A stretch of 59,458 nucleotides of DNA, counting the filler, from Sphacelaria rigidula (taxonomy: Eukaryota), in NCBI GenBank assembly GCA_964200075.2. It is 7 parts of 7 records of this genome, joined end to end, with 100 filler letters (N's around TTAATTAATTAA, not from the genome) between each part and the next. Parts side by side here need not be neighbours in the genome. Positions count along the whole stretch, not along the records: positions 42,543 to 50,950 come from CAXNAA020011244.1; positions 51,051 to 59,458 come from CAXNAA020011245.1; 5 more parts are not named here. One strand, written 5' to 3'. The notes below the pieces were generated by a model that searched no databases, had not been told where the DNA came from, and worked only from the letters and a program-made list of their open reading frames with translations. The position numbers and the translations under genes were made by a program. Every line of letters begins with the position of its first letter. The first letter of the stretch is position 1. Below are positions 43,784 through 57,344 of this stretch, in pieces.

Positions 43784-44108
43784 GCCACCGCGCGCCGGTG
43801 GTGCAACGGTCCGACTGTCGTCATTAGGGTGGAGAGAACGAGGGTTCGATCCCCGATGCCTCGGGTTTTTTCTTCGTAATATCTGTTTTCCACCATGGAA
43901 ATCGTGAGAACGTGAGTAAACAAAGTAGTCGACTGAGCTTGTTTGAGGCGAGTTGACGCGGTGCGGGAGTGCTGATAGTCATGACCCAATCCACGACACC
44001 GAAATGCAAAGGCGTGTACTGGGGAGAGACGAGTTGATCCCCTGAGACCACAGATTCGTCCCGAGGACGGGGAGGTGTTCAAAGTGCGACAAAAAAATAG
44101 ATAAATAG
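43784..44108 (+). mobile_element. tRNA-derived SINE family 1
   Basis: A box TGGTGCAACGG, B box GGTTCGATCCC, A-rich tail. Matches 13840-14168. Confidence 0.85.
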
Positions 44109-45524
44109 AGGAAATAGCGGTAAAGTATCCCCCAGTGTGTAGAATTACGTCCGGAGTAGGTACAATACATCAAGCAAGCCTCTGAAGAGTACTTGTGTCC
44201 TCTGTGCGCCAACCTTGTGTGAATCTCACTGGAAAACGATGCGACAGTTCTCGGCGGCTTCATAGTAATATGCGTAGGCGGCCATACTACAAGGCAAGAA
44301 TAACCAGAGATATCTGTTCCCCTGCTTATTGTAGGATCCAGTCTTTTAGATATCTCGCGAAAAATCACCCCGCGTAATCCAGCGACTACAACGCGTCCAA
44401 TGCCCAGTGTACTGTACAGTATTTTATTGGGAGCTGTGGCTGTGGACCACCACCTTGTTTACGACCCCTTGTCCCGACGTAACTTCAGGTCGTTTTTACT
44501 GCATTGCAGGTTGTGGTCCCCCGCCATTTGTACCTCCCTTTTTCCGACTTAACTTTGGGTCGCGTTTTGGTAGTCTCTGCACTACTGGCTTTTCGTCGGT
44601 GTATAAACGTGAAGCGTGCGTGCTGGTAAACAAGCTCTCCCGCTACTGCTGTATAGCATGGCCGCGTGTATACATACTGGCAATACCGTGCAGTAAACGG
44701 TATTTGTACCGCAGAGGCTGTTCGACATATATCAGCATTTTGCCCGATGAAATGAAACGAAATTAATTTAAGTTGAATTGAGCAAAACGAGGATTTCTTT
44801 CGAACAGCCTCTGCTGTACAAATCCCATACTTCCCCTGTCTCATACGTCTGGTCGGTTATGGGCAGTAGTTCGTTTGGGTGCAACGGTGTTGACGATGAC
44901 CTTACAGTTGGGTTCTATAGAAAGATAAAAATGCATACGAAGCTGATGAAAAAATAAAAAATCGTTTTCAAAACTAAAATTAGTTCCGAAAACACTCTAT
45001 TTTGGCCTTTTTTTGAGAATTGTTTGAGAATTCGTGATAAACATCCCACACCTAGCTCACAGACAACACAATGCGATGGATTTGCCCCCGAGCAGCCCCC
45101 CCCCCCCCGCCGAACGGGTGGCGAGCTACAATTGGGTCGCCGCTATGCGATTGCGATGGAGGTTGCGCTCGCTATTACACCGCGCAAGGTGAGGGTGCCC
45201 AAAGGCTCGTTGGAGCCAATTTTTTGCCCCCGAGAAAGGGGCTAAACTCGGCCATTTTGGGGTCGACTGTTTTTTTGCGGCCATTCGGCCGCATAGTTCA
45301 ACAGCGAGCTGGAAAGGAAACGTATATGCTTCTAACTAAAGAAGCAGCGGAGAATTCGAAAAAAAAAACATCAAAAATCACATCGGAGACGGGTAAGGGC
45401 TCGTACAAACGTAACCGACCAGACTTGTGGGACAGAGAAAGTATATACTGTAACCAGTATGGTATTTCCACAATACGAGTGCCTTCGAAATAATCCATAG
45501 AGTGTTGATATTGACACAAACCCT

Positions 45525-45620
45525 GGAGGGAGACCCCAATGTTGAAAACCCTGTACAAGAGGGACACTCCGATGTTGAAAACCCTCTGAAGGGAGACGCC
45601 GATCTTGAAAACTCTCTCAA
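45525..45620. repeat. 33-bp x3 tandem repeat
   Basis: ...aggga(g/c)ac.cc.at.ttgaaaac.ct... repeated three times. Confidence 0.8.
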
Positions 45621-46360
45621 GAATTGCGAATGCCCAAGATCCTCTAGTGGGGATTTCAAAACGGACGCCATGTTACGGGACGTTTGGAAAATTTACTCGA
45701 GATTTTTCGAGCCTAGCCGAATGGCCGCGTGTGTAAGAAATATGTCCTAAGCACGACCTACTCATTTTTCCAACGCCTACCTACTCTCAAACTCTCGAGT
45801 GAAGATGAAAAATCGTCTGCGAAAAAATCCTGTTTGATTGAATGCCGTATTTGAATTTTGACTACTGCACAAAAAATCGTACCAAACGGAACATGAACTT
45901 ACAATATTTCAAAACCTTGCTCCTATGCATTATGTTTTTGGTGCATAGTTGGGTGTGGGATTGGTTTTTGTCTGTCTTCCCCCCGTAGGATTCACCACCC
46001 GTTATCTCTAGACGCTTGGGTTGGCGTCGAGTGGCAACGATGCTATAAAACAAGCCACCAGAACCTAGTACAGAGATTGCCGTTAGACGCGAGAAATCTC
46101 CGGACCGAAAGACACCAGACATGCAACAACCCAAAGAACCGAGTTTGTTCCCCCCCAGCAAAACACACACTGGATACAAACATGATTATAACAAAGCTGA
46201 CCTTTTTTTTTCTTCCTAGTTTTCATATTTCTTACTCCTTCCTTTCCCTTATTTTCCGTGTTTTTTTCCTTTATTTTCCTTCTTCTCGTCCTTTTTTCTT
46301 TTCCTCTTTTTTTTCTACCTTTTTTTTTTGTTTCTGCTTGTTTCTTGATTTTTTTCGCCA

Positions 46361-47145
46361 CCAGAACACGGCCCGGTCATAGACATGAAATAAATAAAAA
46401 GCTAATGATCATTTTCTTTAAGCTACCATAGCACAGCCCAGACACAGACATCAGATAACAAAACTACCGATCCTTTCTTTAAGCCATCATAACACAGCCC
46501 GGACATGGACATGAAATAACGAACCTAACCATTAACTTTCTTTAGCCTACCATAACACAGCCCGGACATAGACATGGAATGGTGGAGCTAACCATCCTCT
46601 TTCTTTGAGCTATCAAAACATAGCCGGGGCATGGACATGAAATAACGAAGCAAACCATTCTGTTCTTTAACCTACCATAACACAGCCCAGACATAGACAT
46701 GAAATAAAGAAGCAGCCACCATTTTTCTTTGAGCTAACATAACACAGCCCGGACATTGACATGGAGTGACGAAGCTAACCCTTCTCTTCTTTAACCTATC
46801 ATAATACATCCCGGACATAGACATCGGATAACGAAGGTAACCATTCCATTTCTTGTACCCACCATAACGTAGCCCAGACATCGACATGAAATGAAAAAAG
46901 CTAGTCATCTTTTTTCTTTTGCCCAACATAACACACCGCAGACATAGACATGAACCTCGAAAAGCTGACCACCCCTTTTCTTCAATCTACCGTAACACAG
47001 CGTGGACATAATGTGCAATGACGAAGCTAACCCCTTTTTTCTTCAACATGCCGTAGCCCAGCCCAGACATAGACACAGAATAACAAAGTTATCCACCCTT
47101 TTTCTTTAACCTACTATAGCACAGCCCAGATATAGGCGTGAAATG
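46361..47145. repeat. Minisatellite, ~62-bp unit x ~13
   Basis: Approximate consensus cataacacagcccggacatagacatgaaataacgaagctaaccat(t/c)tttctttaacctac. Units start near 46361, 46427, 46488, 46551, 46614, 46676, 46738, 46800, 46863, 46927, 46991, 47052 and 47115. Confidence 0.93.
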
Positions 47146-47229
47146 AAGAACTGAAAGGCACCATACCCCCAACAAGGACTAGGATTGGGATATCCGAGTA
47201 CCTTGACTGCATCCCGCCACAGTTCTTGA

Positions 47230-50200
47230 AACGAAAAAGCTGGAGATACTCTCGAGAGAGAGACGGGGAGGAACGGTGGATGGAGAAGTAAAGAATGGAC
47301 AGCTGAAGTACTAGCAGTGCTGATATTCGGAGTCCGTAGCGATATGACGGAAATATAGTGTAAAATAAATGCAGTGAAGTAGGACTATACTATTTGGCAA
47401 TAAAAAAAGTAGAAAGGGAGGGAGGACACTTCCGAGTCGCGCTAGAACAGAGCGCGAGCAAGGAATGGGAAAAGATAGAGGCAAGCAAGGTGTCGGCATG
47501 GGTTAGAAGGGTAGGATGGAGCGTATGCACAGCTAACGGGACAGCAAACCTAAGACGTAGTCCACGGGTAAACGGAGGAGAGGAGAAATAGGAACAGGTA
47601 AGTGTACGGGAGGGGAAGGGAGGGGAAGTAGCGACCCCAAGCAAATAGAGAAATACCAAACCGGAAACGGGACGAAAAATCGAGGGAAAATAGATGTCAA
47701 GAACGACGGAGAGAGAGCAGTAGACGAAAGGAAAGTGGGTAATGGTTCGATAAGGAGGATGAGAATAGAATCGTGAAACGTGCGTAGATTCGCCACAGAC
47801 GAGCGTAAAAGAATAGAGACAGCCGAACAGGTGAGTAGCCGCGACCTAGATATAGTGGGAATCCAAGAGTCATGGGAGAAATATGGAGCGGAAATAGGAT
47901 GTAAAGTTGAAGAGTACGCATGGATAGGGAAAAAGCGGAAGGAACAGAAGGCCAAGAGCAGGGGAGCGAGGGAATGTGGACTGTTAGACAAGGAATATAT
48001 ATGTGACATCATAGAAGTGATCGACGACCCGAAATTCGACGAGAGCGTATGAATAGGGGTGCCAGGAGAGTGGGGAACGAAGGACTTCTTCGTAGGGAAT
48101 ATATATATGCCCCCAGGATCGGAGAGTAAGAAAACGATATACAACGGAGGTTTGGAGAGATAGCAGCAGATGTGCATACGGATAAAAGGCAGAGAGAAGT
48201 GATGTTAGTAGGAAATTTTCATGCAAGGGTTGGGAGAGCAGGTCAACTGGATGGTATCACTGGGCAATACGGGGAAGATAAGAAAATGAATGGGGTAGAA
48301 ACGCTGAAGTTCCTTGAGAATAACGGGATGAAGACGCTGAACGATAGAGCACAAAAAGCCAGAGGCGCGATGGACATGGACTAGAAAATGCAAGGACGAG
48401 AGAACGCTCCGTTCTTGACTACATAGTGGTCGAGTATGAAAGTAGTAAGGATATGGAAGTACATGTATGCGCAGAGGATGTGGGAACTACAAATCATTGC
48501 CTAGTGTGGACAGAAAGCCAACAGACGAGAACGAAGAGAAAAGGGCGAAGTAGGAAAATGTACAAACGGAGAATCGATAAACTAGAAATGGAGGAGGAAC
48601 GGCAAGAATGCCAAGAAGAGATGAACCAAAATGCAGTGAAATTTTCCGAGTTGTTGGTAACCGTAGGTGCAGTTGATACCGAAATGGAGAGGAATCGGGC
48701 AGCAGCGAAGATTATAGGAAGATGGGAGCCGTTAGTCAAGGACACAGCGAGTGACGTCATGGGGAAAAAACTGATCGTATGCAACAGAGCAGTAACATGG
48801 TGGAATGAGGAATTCAAAGAGGTGATAAGAGTGAGGAGGCCCACGCAAGATATATATATCGAAGAAGACTGCGGTAGGATGGGAGGAGTATACTAAAGCT
48901 CGAAAGGAAGCAAAAACGACGGTAGAGAAGAAAAATTAGGGAGTATGGGAAGATGTGGTAAATAGAACGAATGAAGATTTCGATGGCGGGATGAAAGAAA
49001 TGTGGGTATGAACTAAAAGGATAATGCGAGACCAGACCGGAAAGATGAACAACGGGATAGCCACACTACGGACACAGAACGGTAAAGTGGTTAGTAGTTC
49101 GAAGAAGAGGGACGTAGTAGTGCAGCACTACCGTAAACTAGGAACACCAAAAACTAACGAGAGGTTCGACAAGATATCCGAAAAAGAAATCAACGCATGG
49201 GCAGAGGAAAATGTAGAGACATCAAAGCGGGAGGGTAGTGACTCCAAAGAATAGCAGAGAGAATTCACCAGAGATGAGACAAAAGAGGGTGTAGCTAAAC
49301 TCAAGAGCAGAAGGGCAGCAGGGCCGGCAGACGAAATGGTGGATGAATTTTCAAAGTACGGGGGAGAGGGAATGACTACCATGATGGTCATGCTTCATAA
49401 CTGGATATGGGAAAACGAGTATACACCTAAGAGGTGGAGAGAAGGAGTAGTAGTCAGTCGTTTCGAGGAAGGAAACAAGGCTGACCCAGAGGATCATGAA
49501 GGGAGAACGCTACTGAGCACCGTAGGGAAAACGTTCTGTAAGATTCTGAATGACTGAGTAGGAACGATGCTAAAGAGGAAGAACCAGCGAGGGTCAAGCA
49601 GGTTGTAGACCAAACCGTAGTTGCGGACACCACGTGCACACATTAGGTGAGATAATTCAAGGTAGGAAGGACGCCGGGCTGACAACATACTGTTTCTTTC
49701 TGGACGTGCAAAAAGCCTATGGTACATTATGGAGGAATGGGCTGTGGAAGAATATATGGGATACGGGGATCAGAGGGAAGATGTGGAGAATGGTGAAGAT
49801 GATGACAGAATGTGCCAAAAGTGCACTGATTCCAGACGGGAAAATATCAAAGTATTTTGATATTTTACCAGGAGTTGCACAAGGATGTACGTTATCACCC
49901 ACTTCATTCAAAATATTTATTAATGACCTGATAATAGCAGTAGAAGGAACATAGGAAGGAGTCAAGGTGGGTGAAGATACGGCATCAAGATTGATGTTCG
50001 CGGATGATTTTGTGGGGATTTCAGGAACACCACAAGGAGCGCAGAAGCAAATAGAGAAGGCGCTAGAATACACCAGGAAACGGAGAGTGACAGCAAACAT
50101 AAACAAATGCGCGGTACTTGCATGTAACGAAGATAAGAAGAACCCGGTAAACTTAAAAATGGAAATGGGGAGAAGAGAAATTGCCGATCGTAGACCAGTA

Positions 50201-50810
50201 TACATACCTTGGCGTAGATATCTAAAAAACTGTCCATGGGATGCACACATAAATAAATTACGGGGTAGTAATTAGACAGGATGGACGTGATCCTCAGAGA
50301 CTCGCACCTGGATACCAGGATTAAGATATGTATTTTGATCCATGCCATTGTACCAAAGCTCGAACATGCACGAGAAGTTTGGGAGGGGAACGCGACCTTC
50401 GCGAAGAAGTTGGAAACAATACAGATGGCAGCAGTGGAGAGAATACTTGGATGGTCGAAGACGACGAGTACTACAGCATGGAGAGCAGAGTTGGGGATGT
50501 ACCCACTTGACACAATAACATGAGGAAAAATTAAATGGCACTATATCGGGAAGAATATGCAGAGAAAGAGATTGCCAGTCATTGTTGATAGGGCGGTATG
50601 TAATAAAATGACGAAAGGGCAGGCTGGAATACGGTGGGATAGAGAAGTCGAGAAAGTATGGAAGGAGATAGAAGGAAACCAAGATGACATAATGTCCGTA
50701 GGTGAATGCGGCGGGGCACAAGACAAGACAATTGGTGAATATGTCGCCGCATTCGGAAAAGGATATGCTGAAGCAGAATCGTTCAGCTACTCCTTCCGCG
50801 GAGTAGTTGT
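47230..50810 (+). mobile_element. Degenerate non-LTR retrotransposon (APE endonuclease + reverse transcriptase)
   Basis: APE motifs S[W]NV, DIVGIQESW, GNIYMPP, LVGNFHARVG and TNH (47770-48500). RT motifs WREGVVV, TLLSTVGKTF, FLDVQKAY, GVAQGCTLSP and LMFADDFV (49300-50020). Many stops and frameshifts. The 5' boundary is approximate. Confidence 0.92.
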
Positions 50811-51289
50811 CAATGGTCAAACGGCTAAGGCGAGCAGAAAACGAGTACCCCCTCCCCCCCCCCCCCCCCCCCTAGGATTAGCCTGGTCCGGCGAGAACCC
50901 GGCGTGCTCCGTCCCGGCTTTGTAGGGGCGGACCCCCGATGGGGTTGGCGNNNNNNNNNNNNNNNNNNNNNNNNNNNNNNNNNNNNNNNNNNNNTTAATT
51001 AATTAANNNNNNNNNNNNNNNNNNNNNNNNNNNNNNNNNNNNNNNNNNNNAATCGGCATCAATTTCACTTGAAAAAAGTAGTCATGATCCAGAAGACTAA
51101 CCTCGCGGTCCAAGGGTTAAGTGAAATTGAGGCTGACTCAGCAGGTGACCTACCCTCGCGGTCAGAGGGTTTCCCGTTGAGCTACAAATATCCATGGTTG
51201 TTGTTCTGGTCACGGGCTGGAGTGTTGCAATCAGCTACGTAATGCGAGATAACTGTCTTGTGTTGATCGTTTGTGTGTATGTTTGTTTC

Positions 51290-51372
51290 TTGTTGTTGTT
51301 TGTTGTTATTGCTGTTGTTTTTTATTGTTGCATTCGTTGTTGTTGTTGTTGTTGTTGTTGTTGTTGCTGCTG
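51290..51372. repeat. (GTT)n microsatellite
   Basis: Directly visible. Confidence 0.9.
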
Positions 51373-51550
51373 CTTCCTGTCTCCCTTCCTTTCTGACGCC
51401 GTTTCTTCAGCCTCTTTCCTTCTTTTCCCCTACTTTTTCTTTTATTATTCTGTTCTTTTGCTCCTCCTGACCACCGGCTCGGTTGTTGCAAACAGCTAAT
51501 GTGAAATAATCAATCAATCAATCAATCACTTGATTTGAGTGTGAACAACG

Positions 51551-51737
51551 AGAATCGGATATTTAGTAGAGCTGGCAGTCCCGTGTGCTCCTCGCGTGCG
51601 CAAAACGCGTTTTCGTTGAAATCTGCGCCATAGGCGCCGATTTGGGGTCTAACAAGACCGCACTTCGCCAAGGGAATGCTGTGTACCGCCCTTGCCCAAG
51701 CGTTCCCCGTATGCGTTGTGTTGGGGTTAGGGTTAGG
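51551..51737. repeat. Dispersed repeat ending in telomere-like GGGGTTAGGGTTAGG (copy 1)
   Basis: Reverse complement of 55484-55750 (cagtcccgtgtgctcctcgcgtgcgc, ggcgccgattt, gtaccgcccttg). Confidence 0.85.
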
Positions 51738-54700
51738 CATCGATACCATAACTGGACTCACAACTCACAGCGCGTCGGTCGTTTGTGCTCCGGTGGGCTA
51801 TGGAACACTGTCGTACTGTTACGATCTCGGGGCTGGTGTCAGGGTCAAGCTAGGCCCTTCCGCCACCAACGGGCGGTTATCGCATCATTGATGGTTGATT
51901 CAAGCAACATACACACTACTGACCGTCACGCATATAGAGATAGGGACAGAACAGTAATAGCCGAGAGACTCGGGAACCATCTCCGAGGGGAAAGGGGCGT
52001 GATCGTTGTGGCGTCCATGAACGGCAAATGAGCGGGAAAAAAGTCGACTGTGTGGGCACCATGATTGGAGTTGGCGCGTAGACTCCCTTGCGCGCGATGT
52101 GCCGCAACAGGTACAGTGTAGAGAGCGATGGCCTCGCGCAGGTACGTTCTCGGCCGATCAGTGGCCCAGATAAGGTATGATTGGAAAAGAATTCCTAGAT
52201 CAGGTATACCTGGGCGAAATTCGGCCTACAAAAGGTGAGCGGTTTCTGGGGGCGAGACGTCCGTTTGCGCGTGACCATGTCTCTCGAGTAACATGTTTTT
52301 CTCTTCCGTTTTTCTTTTCGAGGGCCCGGTGCCAATGCTTCCCCCCCGAATGATGTGCATGAGAGATTCGAAGCGAAAACGGTCAAAATGGCGTGTTTAG
52401 CTGTTTTCGCGTTTTTGGCCATTTTTCGTGCCTTTCATAGGCAAAAAACGAGGAGGTATACCCTTTCTAGGCCATTGCCCTTGCAGAAGTATCAAACGCC
52501 TGTTGCCCCATCACCGTACGTCAACATATGTCCGCCAATTCCCCACAGATTCGGGGCATTTCCATTTTCCACGGATCTGCGCTCAGATTCGTGTGAAATC
52601 GTTTTCAAATGGTGATTGACAAACGAATCCGAGTTTCCCGATTTGGGCCAAATTGGGGGCCGCACAATGCGTTTCCGGATCTGAGGTTCCCCCATCTGCG
52701 TACAGATCCGTTTTTCTCTCTGACATACAATACGATCCAATGGGAACAGATCTCGAGTAATGAGGAGCTCAATTAATTTGTGCAAAGTCGGGGTGACTCA
52801 TATCTACTCAAGTCAGATTTGCAGGGTGAGCGTCATGGTTTAGCAACGTTGTTTAAATAGTTCTCCCACGGAAAATCATTTTCTGCAGGCACGTGGTATA
52901 ACATAAGAATAGTAGGGTCGAAGAACAGGCAGGCAGTGTATCATTGTTCCAACAACGATGTCGTACCTCGGTGCCCTAGGGTGTAATACAGTATGCATGC
53001 AGTACAATGCACTGTCACAGTACGCAAAAATGCCGTATTGTGGTATTGTTTATCTGACCCCATGTGAGGGGTGTCTGTGTTGTAAGAGCCAAACTTGTGC
53101 CTACGGTACATTCACTAGACTTGGTCCCTCGTAACTGCATTTAGATTGCGCAAAGCGTGTACTGGGTTCAGAAATACATACTACATGAACGACGGTATAG
53201 TCGACGTTTGCCTGTGTACACGACGCCGCAGACACAGCGTGCGATCACTTTTTCCTCTCACCCGACTTCATTCTGTTCCCACGTCTACCACCCTTCCATA
53301 ATGTATCATTACTCAGAGTCCGTGAATCTTCTTTTCTATGGGGATGGGCCGAGGTGAACAATTTACGGTTTGGTGAATGATCGGCGCCGCCTTGCAGCAT
53401 AGCACCATTTGTGGGGGGGTATTGTCATTGTTCCGCGGCGGTAGCGTGTTGACCTTTGCTGCTCACGATAATCTGAAAGTTTTATTCACATGTTGCTTGG
53501 GTTGTGATGCGTCGGTCTCACAGCTTTGAGTATTCCGAGTGGGGGTCTCGTGGGTGCAACGGCAACGATCAGAGAAAGACACCCGATTGCACAGTCTACG
53601 CTGTTGGATTCAGATGTTCTTCCTCCAATCCGGTATTCGGTAGGTGTTCATCTCTGTGTCCGAGCCGCAAATTGGCAGGGATATACACGTTACACGTGCA
53701 ACAGCGTTACACGTTACGTTCACGTCACGTTTTGGCCGAAACGTAACGTGAACGTAAGATGTTTTTCACGTGATGAACGTAACGTGAACGCTAAATTTCC
53801 GGAACGTTCAAAACACGTAATATGAAACGTTTTATGTGACGTTTAACGTCTATTACACGTGCATGAGACATTGGACGTTACACGAAACGTGCCATGCTAT
53901 GTTACACGTTACCTGAAAAGTCATAACCTCGATACATGAAGCGGTGATACTTCAAGTTTGCGATGGATTCCAAAATCGTAAAAGATTATGCTTCAGCGTC
54001 ACGTACACGGCGATGTCACGCCTTACACGACACGTTACAACGCCTCAAACACTGGTACAGAGAGTTTCGGGAAATACAGAACTCAGGAATAAGCGAGAGA
54101 CGACTGGATTGTTAACGCTTGAACCTCAGGTTTGTTTTTATTTTGTTTCACCACGTGGGTGTGGACCGTGGCAAACGTTTCAGGGTTTCGTGTTTTGTGT
54201 TTCGAATGCCAAGTGGTCGGTTTCATGAGTTGAAGAGGTAAAAGTCATGCCGCCCTGTTCTGCGTTTGTACTCTGCACCCACCCATGCGGTGCTACCCGT
54301 ACAGCGCGGACGAGAATGTACAGAGCCGTGCTACGATAGGTTGGGTGTTTGATTCCGGGGAAAAGGGACTCATAAGCGTTTCGGACAACCTGACACACTC
54401 GCCGTGCGCGTGTATTTGGATAAAACGGCGTCAAGCAGCGTTATTTATCGGTAACACGCGCGTTAGGATGATCGTTGCTTCTTACAAGATGTATCTCAAC
54501 TCGGCGATGGGATCATTGGACGAATAGTTCAGGACCTCGTGGATTGCGAGTTTGATAGAACTCAACGGACATCCCGAAATGACATCGAGCTTTCTCCAAA
54601 TGGATCTTTGAGAAAGATCCCTCCCGGTTTACGACGTGAAGGGGAACGACGAACGATAAAGATTGATAAAGATTGGTAAAGAACAGCTTCCATTTGACGG

Positions 54701-54983
54701 CTTCACCAACTATTAGTGTAATGCGCATGGCCACGTCGCATTTTTCGATCCTTATGGTTGAAAGTTGGAAATAGGTTCGTCACCTTTCCTAGAAAAAAAC
54801 AAAAAAATTTATGTTCCGCGAGTCATCACTACAGCATGATCCGGGAATTTCAACTGGATCGTTGATGCAAGTCTATCCCGGTTTATTCAAGAATCCTACC
54901 ATGTGGCAGGATTCTTAAATGAACGAGGGTTTTCCCTTACTATTTGTTGGGACCTACGCTTCGGGGTGTGCACATTCATTTAA

Positions 54984-55085
54984 CCCTTAGATGACCAGCG
55001 TAGGTCATATGTTGAATCGGCATCGATTTCACTTGAACAAGGTATGCACGATCTACACAGATGGGCTACCCTCGCGGTCCAAGGG
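54984..55085. mobile_element. piggyBac-like ~100-bp MITE; related copies at ~55334-55441 and 51051-51120
   Basis: TTAA|CCCTT...AAGGG|TTAA. The internal aatcggcatc.atttcacttgaa and cctcgcggtccaagggttaa blocks are shared among copies. Confidence 0.8.
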
Positions 55086-55483
55086 TTAAACCTTCGCTCC
55101 CCCGACCATGTATCGCAGCTGAAGTGACGACATATCGTCTATACACCCAAGGCTCCGCTGCGTTGATGACGTGGGGAAAGAGAGTGAAAGTAGTTGGGCT
55201 TGTACCTATGGAATACACGCAAAAGTGCCACTCACCCCAGCGTCGGTCATGTGTAGTATCGGTATACTCTCAACCCCTAGACCGCGATGCGGGTAGTACA
55301 TCTGGATCGCACATATGTTTTGAGGCTAGTTGACCCCTTGACCCACAGTGTATGGATCACCTGCTGAATTGACATCAATTTCACTTGAAATATTTATGTG
55401 TCTTCCAGATGGACTGACCGCATACATCGTGGTCCAAGGGGCTGGGCCATCAATGTTCATGGTTGACACATTTCACAAGTATC

Positions 55484-55750
55484 GCTACCCCTAACCCTAA
55501 CCCCAACCCGACGCACACCGAGAACCCTCGGACAAGGGCGGTACATAGCATTCCCTAGGCAAAGTACGGCCTTGGTCGACCCCCAAAGCACATCGAGAAC
55601 CCTCGGACAAGGGTAGTACATACATTCCCGAGGCAAAGGGCGGCCTCGATAGACCCTAAATCGGCGCCTGTGGCACCGATTTGAACGAAACGCGTTCTGC
55701 GCACGCGAGGAGCACACGGGACTGTCAGTCATACTATAATACCGATTTTC
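55484..55750. repeat. Dispersed repeat starting with CCCTAACCCTAACCCCAACCC (copy 2), with an internal ~77-bp duplication
   Basis: Matches 51551-51737 inverted. cgagaaccctcggacaaggg occurs twice. Confidence 0.85.
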
Positions 55751-57344
55751 TTTGTACACACTTCATGTAATCTACTATCAGGTGCAGGGTGCGCATTTGG
55801 TAGTGTACATCATCTGATGTAGCAAGCAGTATGGGTCACCGTAAGGAGCTTTCAACAGGATGCGGCGACCGGCGGGCCGCCCGCCACCTGTGGCTTTGGA
55901 TGATATTATTGTCACCATCACCTTGCCACGTAGCCCTTTGTGGTCGGGGTGGGCCGCGATCTCCCTCCTTGTTGCAAGCGGCAAATTTTCTTCGAAGGGT
56001 ATCAGCGTTGCGGCGCGCATACACACAGTACAGTACAGTACAACAGTACAGTACAATACGCCTCTCCGACTGCAACAGTAGCTGCCGCTGCATACTCCCT
56101 TGCACGTTCTGGGCAGTTCTCAGCTGCCGAAATCAACCGCCTATATACCGCTTCTTCATCCCCGCCCACTACATACACGTTGACTGCACACTGCAAGGCA
56201 TCGGCGGAGGGACAAGCAGAATTCTTGACGATAGTAGCTCCTTTCGTCTCTTCATGGCCTACCTGGGTTTAGTGCCTCATATAAATGACCACATGGTAGC
56301 ATGCACACTCCTTTCCGATTGTTCCCACTCCTCAGGATTGGTCATTTGTGTCCTTTGGGCCTAGTGTCTACTTTAAAAATGGATGCCCATCGTGGCAGTC
56401 GAAAGATTCATTTTCGCAACTCATTTTTGCAACTGAAGGCAGCAAAAGGTGACGCTGGCGAAGGGTTTTGACCAAATTGGTGTAATCTGATCCTTGGTGA
56501 TACCCATAGACAAACGGAACGAACGCAACGAGGGGGGAATAGATGACAACGCCGTACTGTACTATACAGCACAGTACTGGTGTACTGTGCGTTGTAGATC
56601 AGATTTGTCTCGGCCTTTTCAGCCACATGAACGGTCATTCGTGTTGCACCGTCACACGTTTTTCGTGTAAATGGATGATGAACAGACCGTTGGGGCGATG
56701 GAATGCAGCGGGGATGTGCGTGTCATGGGTACAGAGCTTGTGCGACGAGATGGTGTGGCTCACATTCATTTTTCAAGTGAAAATAATGCAGGAACCCAGT
56801 TTGAGATAACTCCACCGGTTTCCGGAGATATCCTTAAATCGGTTCCGGGATGGGACGATCCAAGCATCATACCAGGATACTGGGACGCCGAGTTTGATAT
56901 ACCTCTACAACGATGATTCGAAGTTGAATTCCGTTGAAGCAATGGCCCAAAATACTCCCCGTCATATCGTCGCATGACTATAGTTGTTTGTGCTGCCCCC
57001 GTACTGTTGAATACGCGACAGCAGTATCGTCAACACAGCCTCCGGGTACGAACCCGGCACAGTCCACAGCGTTGGGCAAACAGGCTGTATCGGAGCCCGC
57101 TAGTCATTCACACGTCCTGCACATGTCGGTGTGTGGTACATCACTTGTACAAGTTGTGACAACAGTTGAGAGTTGTACTGTTGCACTGTCTGTAGACAGT
57201 TCTGTATACTGTGCCTGTAATAAGTGCTCTGTACTGTACTGGCTGTAGTACGAGTGTGCACATACTTGTGTGCGTGCGGGTGCATATTTTGAGGAAGTAT
57301 AGTCATTATCGATGAAGGTTCACTGCCCAGTAATCCTAGCTGCG

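Noticed and set aside
46361..47145. CRISPR-like array
   Set aside because: The 'spacer' halves are homologous to each other, the repeats are degenerate, there are no cas genes and the context is eukaryotic. It is a minisatellite.
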